Source: an uncultured Candidatus Saccharibacteria bacterium (GTDB lineage: Bacteria; Patescibacteriota; Kazan-3B-28). From it: a DNA stretch of 64,000 nucleotides. The stretch lies in contig CAYSVM010000001.1 in the NCBI GenBank assembly GCA_964434605.1, forward strand, positions 54,011-118,010, written 5' to 3'. Positions 56,864-64,000 of the stretch are shown here, in pieces; position 1 is the stretch's first letter, and each line of letters starts with the position of its first letter. The position numbers were made by a program, and so were the translations under genes. The notes below the pieces were generated by a model, which saw only the letters and a program-made list of their open reading frames with translations, was not told the DNA's origin and did not search any database.

Positions 56864-58973
56864 TCGGCCAACTCGCAGTTATTACCTCTCCATCATAGAG
56901 CTCTTGCCACACTGCCTCTGTAGCAAATGGCACAAATGGATGCAATAAGACGAGAGAGTTTTTTAGAATATAGTGAAGGACTGCTCCAGCCGCTCCACTC
57001 CTCTTGGTATCGTCCAACTGATTCTTGTACTCCTCAATTATCTTGTCACAGAATGTGTGCCAGAAATATTCGTAAATAAATTCACCCGCCTGGCCAAACT
57101 GGTAGTCTTCCATTAGCTTTGTAAGAGTACCCACTACCCCACCAAATTCTTTCAGTACCTCCTTGTCTCTTTCGTTCAACTGGGCTTCATCTATAGAAAT
57201 ACTTTTGGGTTGTTTTAGCGTCACAAATCGTGCTGCATTCCAAATCTTATTTGCAAAGTTTCGATACGCTCTTATCTTGTCTTCAGAAACATTGGTATCA
57301 TTCCCTGCGGCTGTCCCAACAATAAGGCCCATCCTTAAAGCATCTGCCCCATATCTCTCTACCATCATTAGTGGGTCGATCACATTACCCTTAGATTTAG
57401 ATATCTTTTGACCATGCCCATCTCGTACTAGACCATTGAGATAAACCATCTCGAACGGAACTGTTCCCGTACAATAGATTCCCAACATAATCATTCTAGC
57501 CACCCAAAAGAAAATAATATCCCATCCCGTTTCCATCACCGTTGTCGGATAAAAGTATTTGAAATCAGGAGTAGACTCCGGCCAACCTAAAGTAGTAAAT
57601 GGCCACAGCGCCGAGGAGAACCACGTATCTAAAGTATCTGGGTCCTGTTCTACTGGACCACCCAAAGCAACCTCTGCTTCTTTTGCATTCTCCGCCACGA
57701 CAAACTTCTCTTTGTCTGAAATCAGGTAGTATACCGGTACTCGATGCCCCCACCAAACTTGTCGACTAATATTCCAATCCCGAATATTGTTCATCCAGTT
57801 GAAATATATTTTTTCAAAACGCTCTGGAACGAACTTTATCTTTCCCGTCTTAACTGCGTCAATAGCTAGCTTAGCTAAAGGCTCTATCTTTACAAACCAC
57901 TGTCTTGAAACAAACGGCTCCAACATTGTTCCGCACTTTTCACAATGTCCCACGCTATGTACATGCTTCACTTGTTTTTCCACCAATCCAAGCTTCTCTA
58001 AATCAGCCAATACTTTCTCTCTTGCCTCCATCACCTTCATCCCCGCGTAAGGCGAACCAACCACCTCCGCCATTTTCCCCCTCTCGTCAATAACCAAAAT
58101 CTGTGCAAGGTTATGTCTCCCTGCAATTTCAAAGTCATTTGGATCATGCGCTGGTGTAACCTTTACCGCACCAGTCCCAAAGTCCTTATCCACCACTTCG
58201 TCCGCAATTACCGGTATCTCCCTGTCGGTAAGAGGAAGTTTAAGAGCTTTTCCAATCAAGTCCTTATACCTCTTATCACTCGGGTTCACCGCAACCGCAG
58301 TATCCCCAAACATAGTTTCTGGACGAGTTGTTGCAACAACCATAAACCCAGAGTCATCGACAAAGGGATACTTGATATAAGTAAGGGTCCCTTCTACTTC
58401 CCTGTGGTCTACCTCCAAATCCGAGAGCCCAGTCGCACATTTACTACACCAATTTACAATCCGCTCCCCTCGGTAAATCAGCCCCTCGTCGTACATTTTC
58501 TTAAAAGTGTAATACACCGCCTTACTTACATCTGGGTCTAGGGTAAACTTCTTACGAGTCCAATCGCAACTAGCACCAAGCTTGCGCAATTGATTTTCCA
58601 TCACCTCACGAGTAGCCGTCATGTGCTTATGCAACTCATGCACGAACTTCTCCCTCCCTAATTCAAACCGGCTAATCCCTCTTTCTTTCTGTAGTAGTTT
58701 TTCAAAAAACACCTGGCTTCCCAAACCCGCATGGTCTGCTCCGGGTAGCCACAACGTAGGCTCCCCCTTAAGTCTGTGGTAGCGGACCATAATATCCTCT
58801 ACTGCCACAAACAATGCATGTCCAATATGCAGTTGGTCATATGCATTTGGAGGAGGCATAGTAATTACATATGGTTTTTTCTTCGGATCTATTTTGGGCG
58901 TAAAAGCCCCCACCTTTTCCCATAGGCGGTAAATTTCTGGCTCTAGTTCAACAAAATTAAAGCTTTTTTCCAT
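56847..58973 (-). CDS. valS: Valyl-tRNA synthetase (compact form)
   Basis: 'PPPNAYDQLHIGHA' HIGH region, 'GADHAGLGSQ', KMSKS 'KISKSKGN', and the editing domain. At 708 aa it lacks the long C-terminal coiled coil. Confidence 0.75.
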   Translation of the reverse strand: MEKSFNFVELEPEIYRLWEKVGAFTPKIDPKKKPYVITMPPPNAYDQLHIGHALFVAVEDIMVRYHRLKGEPTLWLPGADHAGLGSQVFFEKLLQKERGISRFELGREKFVHELHKHMTATREVMENQLRKLGASCDWTRKKFTLDPDVSKAVYYTFKKMYDEGLIYRGERIVNWCSKCATGLSDLEVDHREVEGTLTYIKYPFVDDSGFMVVATTRPETMFGDTAVAVNPSDKRYKDLIGKALKLPLTDREIPVIADEVVDKDFGTGAVKVTPAHDPNDFEIAGRHNLAQILVIDERGKMAEVVGSPYAGMKVMEAREKVLADLEKLGLVEKQVKHVHSVGHCEKCGTMLEPFVSRQWFVKIEPLAKLAIDAVKTGKIKFVPERFEKIYFNWMNNIRDWNISRQVWWGHRVPVYYLISDKEKFVVAENAKEAEVALGGPVEQDPDTLDTWFSSALWPFTTLGWPESTPDFKYFYPTTVMETGWDIIFFWVARMIMLGIYCTGTVPFEMVYLNGLVRDGHGQKISKSKGNVIDPLMMVERYGADALRMGLIVGTAAGNDTNVSEDKIRAYRNFANKIWNAARFVTLKQPKSISIDEAQLNERDKEVLKEFGGVVGTLTKLMEDYQFGQAGEFIYEYFWHTFCDKIIEEYKNQLDDTKRSGAAGAVLHYILKNSLVLLHPFVPFATEAVWQELYDGEVITASWPTSRSS

Positions 58974-58976
58974 ATC

Positions 58977-59960
58977 TTAATCCGTAACTACATTGGCATT
59001 GTACCACTTGTATTTTTCTCCTTTTAGAGAAGGGGTTCCAGCAAGAGCTGCCATCCCAATCATTGCCGCATTATCGGTACAATATCTAAACTCGGGAATA
59101 ATTAAATTTACCTTCATCTTTTCCCATAGTCTTACCACTTCATCTCTAAGTCTTCTGTTTGCCGCCACTCCCCCTCCAATCAATACTGTCTTAGCCTTAT
59201 ACTTCTTTACCGCAGCAAAAAGTTTGCTAGCCAACAATTCAACGACTGCCTCCTGAAACTCATAGGCAATATCTGCCGGTTTTCCCTTTAAACGAGTTAC
59301 CGCTGTTTTTAGTCCCGAAAAACTAAAGTCAAAATTATCTTCATCAATCATTGGGCGTGGCAACTTTATTCTCCCCCTCTTTCCTGTTTGAGCAATCTTA
59401 GATACAGCCGGTCCACCTGGATAACCAAGGCCAAGAGTTCTTGCTACTTTATCAAAAGCTTCTCCAGCCGCATCATCCCGCGTCCCTCCTACATATATAT
59501 ATTCCCCAGTATGTTTTGTTAAAACAATTTCCGAATGTCCTCCACTTGTTACCAAAGAAACCAAAGGATATTCCACCTTCTCTCCTCCCAGCCACCCAGC
59601 ATAGATATGTCCAAGTAAGTGATTAACCCCGATAACCGGCTTGTTCCACAAATACCCCAACGTCTTGGCCGCACTTACACCCACTAACAAAGATCCTAGC
59701 AATCCCGGGTTGGTAGTTACCGCAATAGCGTCAATCTTTGCCACCGAAAGTTTGGCTTTCTTCAATGCCAGTTCAATTAGCGGATAAATAGTCTCCAAAT
59801 GTTTTCTCGACGCAACCTCTGGGATCACTCCACCAAAACTAGCATGCAGTTTTTCCTGCGAAGCAACCAAACTAGCTAGTACCAAAGCCTTTTCGCCTCC
59901 GCCCTTGAGTACTGCCACCGAAGTGTCATCACAAGATGTTTCAATAGCTAAAATTTTCAT
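58977..59960 (-). CDS. tsaD: tRNA N6-adenosine threonylcarbamoyltransferase TsaD
   Basis: 'MKILAIETSCDDTSVAV' start, and 'HLLGHIYA' and 'SGGV' metal-binding motifs of the Kae1/TsaD family. Confidence 0.9.
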   Translation of the reverse strand: MKILAIETSCDDTSVAVLKGGGEKALVLASLVASQEKLHASFGGVIPEVASRKHLETIYPLIELALKKAKLSVAKIDAIAVTTNPGLLGSLLVGVSAAKTLGYLWNKPVIGVNHLLGHIYAGWLGGEKVEYPLVSLVTSGGHSEIVLTKHTGEYIYVGGTRDDAAGEAFDKVARTLGLGYPGGPAVSKIAQTGKRGRIKLPRPMIDEDNFDFSFSGLKTAVTRLKGKPADIAYEFQEAVVELLASKLFAAVKKYKAKTVLIGGGVAANRRLRDEVVRLWEKMKVNLIIPEFRYCTDNAAMIGMAALAGTPSLKGEKYKWYNANVVTD

Positions 59961-60025
59961 TTACCAGAGCATTATATCACCAAAAACAATAGTCCTGAAG
60001 CGCATTTTTTGGTAAACTTTTAAGT

Positions 60026-61030
60026 ATGAGGCTAGCAGTTGCCACCCCTACCGTTTGGGACTCCTATCTTACCAACAATCTGTCTGGTCATTTTCTGCAA
60101 AGCTGGGCATGGGGAGATTTCCAGGAAAAACTAGGCAACAAGGTTTGGCGACTAGTAATTGAAGACAATAGTGATATCGTAGCTGAGCTTTTAGTGATTA
60201 AACTCAGTCTAGGTTTTGGGCAGTCTATTCTCTATTCTCCTCGCGGACAATTTATAGACAAAAGCCAGCCCCTATCTACCGCCCAAGCAGCTGCCTCTCT
60301 CTTGCTTGCAGAAATACAAAGAATTGCAAAAGAAGAGAAAACTGTTTTTTTCCGCATAGATCCGCCCACTAAAAGCACCGACATTGCCATGGAGCGTTTT
60401 TATACTTCTCAAAAATTCGTACACAACCGCAAGAACATCCAACCACGTCACTCATCCATCCTAGATCTCTCCCCTAGTCCCGAACAGCTGTTGAATCGAA
60501 TGAAATCTAAAACTAGATACAACATCCATTTAGCAGAGCGCCATGAAATAATTGTAACAAAATCAGACCAGCCCGAAGATTTTCAGACATTTCTAAAACT
60601 CACTCGCGAAGCATCTACTCGCCAAGGATTCTCTCCTCATTCTGACCGCTACTACCAACTCCAATATTCCATCTTGCACCCTGTTGGCATGCAAGATCTC
60701 TGGGTTGCTCGTCGCAACAATGAGATATTGGCTGCAATCCTAGTAAATTATTTTGGCAAATCTGCAACCTACGTCCATGGTTCCTCGGATAATCGTTACC
60801 GCGAACTCATGGCCCCCCACCTACTCCAATTTACCGCTATAAAAGACGCTCGCGAACGTGGATTTGATTATTACGACTTCTGGGGAATAGATCCTAATCC
60901 CACCCATCCCTGGGCCGGCTTTACTAGATTCAAACGCGGATTTGCCGGAGAAGAGATAGAGTACCTTGGAACATTCGAACTTCCTACCAATCCTCTTATA
61001 TACAAGCTATATCGTCTTTTTAGTAAATAA
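60026..61030 (+). CDS. FemAB-family peptidoglycan interpeptide-bridge aminoacyltransferase
   Basis: 'HFLQSWAWGDFQEKLG', a GNAT-like tandem fold, and C-terminal 'YYDFWGI'. 334 aa. Confidence 0.75.
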   Translation: MRLAVATPTVWDSYLTNNLSGHFLQSWAWGDFQEKLGNKVWRLVIEDNSDIVAELLVIKLSLGFGQSILYSPRGQFIDKSQPLSTAQAAASLLLAEIQRIAKEEKTVFFRIDPPTKSTDIAMERFYTSQKFVHNRKNIQPRHSSILDLSPSPEQLLNRMKSKTRYNIHLAERHEIIVTKSDQPEDFQTFLKLTREASTRQGFSPHSDRYYQLQYSILHPVGMQDLWVARRNNEILAAILVNYFGKSATYVHGSSDNRYRELMAPHLLQFTAIKDARERGFDYYDFWGIDPNPTHPWAGFTRFKRGFAGEEIEYLGTFELPTNPLIYKLYRLFSK

Positions 61031-61031
61031 T

Positions 61032-62375
61032 ATGAAAAAACTTATTAAAAAACTCTTAGGCAAAACCTTCTCCCCCTCTTCTCCGTTGTATGAAGCCTAC
61101 CATAAAACACGTGGGATAGCAGCAGCTGCTCTTACTGGATTTCCCTCCCGAAAAATGGTGGTTATTGGTGTCACCGGAACAAACGGCAAAACTACAACCT
61201 GCAATCTACTCGCCGGTATCTTAGAAGAGGCGGGAGAAAAAGTAGGACTCGCTACTACTGTAAATTTTTGGCTGGGAGAAAAGCGCTGGGTTAATGAAAC
61301 TAAAATGACCACCTTTAGCCCCTTCCAGTTACAGAAGCTCCTTCGCCAAATGGCTTCTGCAAAATGTCGCTATGCGATTCTAGAAACCTCCTCCCACGCC
61401 CTCGCCCAACACCGAGTAATTGGAGTAGATTATGACTTAGCTGTATTTACTAACCTAACCCCAGAACACCTCGACTTCCATCTTACCTTCGAAAACTACA
61501 GAGATGCTAAACTAAAACTCTTTCAAAAACTTTTTCTTTCTCGTCGCAAGACCGATACGCCAAAAGTAGCGATAATTAATTCCGATGATCCGTCTGCCCA
61601 ATTCTTCACTCAAATCGCTGCAGACAAAACCTACCTCTACTCGATAAATGAATTTTTAGGTACTACCACCACCAGTAGCACTGTCTCTGCAAAGGTTATT
61701 CGCGAAGACGAAGCAGGAACTGTCTTTAAGGCATCAACACCACTTGGGAACACCACAATCCACCTCCGCCTCCCAGGCAATTTCAATATACAAAATGCCC
61801 TTGCCGCCATTAGCGCAGCATTGGCTTTGGGAATCACTCTTGAGGATATAAAGAAGGGGTTAGAAAAAATTACTGCTATACCAGGAAGAATGGAGCGTAT
61901 TGATGCAAAACAACCCTTTACCGTTATCGTAGATTACGCCCATACACCAGATGGCTTCACCAAAGCCCTCTCTACTGCACGCTCATTCACAAAAGGAAAA
62001 TTAATTTCTGTATTTGGTAGCGCAGGCGACCGAGACAAGCTAAAGCGACCCCTTCTGGGTGAAGTAGCCAGCAAGTATTGCGATACCATCATCCTCACCG
62101 AAGAAGATCCTGGCAGTGAAAACCCGTTAGATATTATTAAATCAATTAAAAAAGGTATCCCTCCCAATTTCCGAGAAAACGTTAATATATTCACTATCCC
62201 CAACCGTAAAGATGCCCTATCTCGCGCCTTTCAAATAGCCAAGCCCCGAGATACGGTTATGCTCCTAGCAATGGGAGCCCAAACCAAGATGGCCACCAAA
62301 AAAGGCCTTGTCCCATACAACGAGCGCCAATTTGCCCAAAATCTGCTAGAATCAATTGTTAGACATACTACTTAA
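61032..62375 (+). CDS. murE: Mur ligase, UDP-MurNAc-L-Ala-D-Glu:diamino-acid ligase (MurE-like)
   Basis: 'VIGVTGTNGKTTT' P-loop and Mur-ligase middle and C-terminal domains. The start was set at ATG 61032; the upstream in-frame extension overlaps femX. Confidence 0.8.
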   Translation: MKKLIKKLLGKTFSPSSPLYEAYHKTRGIAAAALTGFPSRKMVVIGVTGTNGKTTTCNLLAGILEEAGEKVGLATTVNFWLGEKRWVNETKMTTFSPFQLQKLLRQMASAKCRYAILETSSHALAQHRVIGVDYDLAVFTNLTPEHLDFHLTFENYRDAKLKLFQKLFLSRRKTDTPKVAIINSDDPSAQFFTQIAADKTYLYSINEFLGTTTTSSTVSAKVIREDEAGTVFKASTPLGNTTIHLRLPGNFNIQNALAAISAALALGITLEDIKKGLEKITAIPGRMERIDAKQPFTVIVDYAHTPDGFTKALSTARSFTKGKLISVFGSAGDRDKLKRPLLGEVASKYCDTIILTEEDPGSENPLDIIKSIKKGIPPNFRENVNIFTIPNRKDALSRAFQIAKPRDTVMLLAMGAQTKMATKKGLVPYNERQFAQNLLESIVRHTT

Positions 62376-62387
62376 AGAAAAACCCAT

Positions 62388-63218
62388 ATGATTGAATTTG
62401 ACCAAAACCTCAATCCAGTTGAGCCCCAACAACCTGGGACTAATTTCACTCCTCCCCCAGTGCCACCAGTCGCTCCCAAACCACCCATTGTTCTCCCCAC
62501 AGGCAACCGGAATATTGGACTGACCGTTGCAATACTCATCCTCCTTATCACCACTGCGGGTCTATTTATCTACGGCTCTCGACCGGTAACTACCGGACAG
62601 ATGGAAGGACTCACCGTAAACGCAGACTCCACTGTATATGTCACGCCGGATATTGCTAAAGTTAACGTTGGTGTAATGAAAACAGGCAAAACCGTTGCTG
62701 AAGTAGAAAGCCAGTTATCTAGCGCTTCGGATAAGATCACGGCCGCCATTCTGGGAACTGGTGTGAAGGAAGCGGATGTTAAAACCGTAGATTACAACAT
62801 CTATCCAGACCAAACATATTCCTCCACAGTTGGCACTCGCATTACTGGGTATACTGGTCGCCACAGTCTCGAAGTTACCATTCGCGACTTAAATAAAACC
62901 GACGAAGTATTAAGCATAGTAACCGCTGCAGGAGCAAATGAGGTCGGGCAACTCCTCTTTACTGTTGAAAACCAAGACGACAAAGTTACCGAAGCCCGCA
63001 AAGAAGCAATCAAAAAAGCCAAGGACAAAGCTAAGCAAATGGCCGAGGATGGTGGCTTCCGTCTTGGTCGATTAATTTCTATCAATGAATACAACCAGAC
63101 TCCCGGTCCACTCTATGGCTATGGTGGCAGAGGTGGTGCAGTAGACAGTGCCCCAAACACTCAATCTGGGAGCCTCGCTATTCAAGTGAATGTTACTTTG
63201 GTTTACCGAATCCGTTAA
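62388..63218 (+). CDS. SIMPL/DUF541-domain protein with a Pro-rich N-terminus and TM anchor
   Basis: TM 'IGLTVAILILLITTAGLFIY', the SIMPL domain ('VNVGV...TVDYNIYP...LAIQVNVTLVYRI'), and a 'GYGGRGG' Gly-rich stretch. Confidence 0.75.
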   Translation: MIEFDQNLNPVEPQQPGTNFTPPPVPPVAPKPPIVLPTGNRNIGLTVAILILLITTAGLFIYGSRPVTTGQMEGLTVNADSTVYVTPDIAKVNVGVMKTGKTVAEVESQLSSASDKITAAILGTGVKEADVKTVDYNIYPDQTYSSTVGTRITGYTGRHSLEVTIRDLNKTDEVLSIVTAAGANEVGQLLFTVENQDDKVTEARKEAIKKAKDKAKQMAEDGGFRLGRLISINEYNQTPGPLYGYGGRGGAVDSAPNTQSGSLAIQVNVTLVYRIR

Positions 63219-63240
63219 ACCAACCCTATCTCGATAAATA

Positions 63241-63266
63241 AACCCCGACCCCGTGTCGGGGTTTAT
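63241..63266 (+). terminator. Terminator hairpin after the SIMPL gene
   Basis: aaccccgac-cccgt-gtcggggtt followed by a short T tract. Confidence 0.5.
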
Positions 63267-63275
63267 AATATACAT

Positions 63276-64000
63276 ATGGCAAAAAAGAAATTGGTACTAA
63301 TAGACGGCAACTCCCTTGTGCATCGAGCATTCCATGCCTTCTCCCGCGCCGAACTAACCTCCCCTAGTGGACAACCTACCGGTGCTATCTATGGCTTTGC
63401 TGTGATGCTTATAAATATCTATACCAAACTCAAACCCGATTACATCGCGGTTGCTTTTGACACCGAAGCACCAACCTTCCGCCACAAAGAATATGTTGAA
63501 TACAAGGCCACTCGTATCAAAGCCCCACAGGAACTCTACGACCAAATCCCCGAAGTGCAAGCACTGCTGGAAAGTTTCAATATTCCAATTTTTCTTAAAG
63601 ACGGTTTTGAAGCCGATGATATTATCGGCACTCTCGCCAAACAAGCACCGACCGATATCAATACCTACATCGCTACCGGTGATATGGACGCCCTCCAACT
63701 CGTAAACAACCATACTTTTATTTACGCCCCGCGCAAAAGTTTTTCGGACATTACCACCTACACTCCTGAAGACGTTTTTAAAATTAAAGGAATCAAGCCA
63801 GAACAGGTTGTCGACTTCAAAGGACTACGAGGAGATCCTTCAGACAATATCCCAGGGGTTGCAGGTATCGGCGAAATAACTGCCCTAAAGCTTTTGCAGG
63901 AATTTGGTACTATCGAAAAAATCTACAAAAATCTAGATAAAATTTCCCCAACCACTGCCGAGAAACTAAAGAAAGATGAGAAAAACGCTATTAAAAGCCA
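63276..64000 (+). CDS. polA: DNA polymerase I, N-terminal 5'-3' exonuclease domain (partial, runs off the window)
   Basis: 'KLVLIDGNSLVHRAFHA', '...GFEADDIIGTLA...', and H3TH 'KGLRGDPSDNIPGVAGIGE'. The ORF is open to the end of the window. Confidence 0.85.
   Translation, partial: MAKKKLVLIDGNSLVHRAFHAFSRAELTSPSGQPTGAIYGFAVMLINIYTKLKPDYIAVAFDTEAPTFRHKEYVEYKATRIKAPQELYDQIPEVQALLESFNIPIFLKDGFEADDIIGTLAKQAPTDINTYIATGDMDALQLVNNHTFIYAPRKSFSDITTYTPEDVFKIKGIKPEQVVDFKGLRGDPSDNIPGVAGIGEITALKLLQEFGTIEKIYKNLDKISPTTAEKLKKDEKNAIKS

Noticed and set aside
1-64000. CRISPR arrays, IS elements or transposases, integrases
   Set aside because: No regularly spaced direct repeats and no transposase or integrase-like ORFs were recognised anywhere in the window.

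Overview
This 64 kb window is a gene-dense bacterial chromosome segment that I tentatively assign to a reduced-genome CPR/Patescibacteria (Saccharibacteria-like) organism. The clues are inferential: sigma-70 carries a long lysine-rich N-terminal tail, ribosomal proteins S6 and L19 carry C-terminal extensions, genes are tightly packed and overlapping, and Shine-Dalgarno sequences are weak. About 60 protein genes and 8 tRNA genes are supportable.

Housekeeping genes dominate:
- replication and transcription: dnaG-rpoD, nusA, dnaE, a partial polA, rnhB, clpC with a yacL-like PIN/TRAM gene
- translation: rpsF-ssb-rpsR, efp, ychF, rplS, leuS, trpS, valS, tsaD, tadA
- cell wall and envelope: femX-murE, a SpoIID-domain protein, comFC, galU, an O-antigen-ligase-like gene, hsp20

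Three things stand out.

(1) A type IV secretion-like locus at about 41.9-56.9 kb. It has two VirB2/TrbC-like pilins, a VirB6/TrbL-like polytopic protein with a roughly 550-aa hydrophilic C-terminal extension, a VirB3/PrgI-like protein, a stand-alone VirB4-N-terminal-like protein followed by a full VirB4 ATPase, and a surface protein with Ca-binding repeats. Its traffic ATPase is unusual. The ATPase is of the GspE/PilB type, with an N-terminal GSPII_E_N-like region and a C-terminal tetracysteine motif, rather than a classical VirB11. No coupling protein or relaxase is visible in the window. A near-consensus sigma-70 promoter drives the core. The locus is interrupted by a tRNA island: three tRNA-Ser isoacceptors, tRNA-Arg(ACG), and tadA lying beside that tRNA substrate.

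(2) An AT-richer block of uncharacterised genes at 1-4.7 kb, abutting the 3' end of tRNA-Asn. It contains a PD-(D/E)XK (NucS-like) nuclease-fold protein, a Cys-rich protein, membrane and coiled-coil proteins, and a 500-bp non-coding gap. The gap holds nested perfect inverted repeats, 14 bp enclosing 9 bp, consistent with a structured RNA. I could not assign it to RNase P, tmRNA or SRP.

(3) Tandem paralogous surface proteins at 12.6-15.0 kb. They share a conserved N-terminal 'LLQWLERELC' leader, carry poly-Gly linkers, and contain a roughly 95-aa beta-sandwich repeat that recurs three times in the N-terminus of the SpoIID protein.

No CRISPR array, transposase or integrase was recognised.
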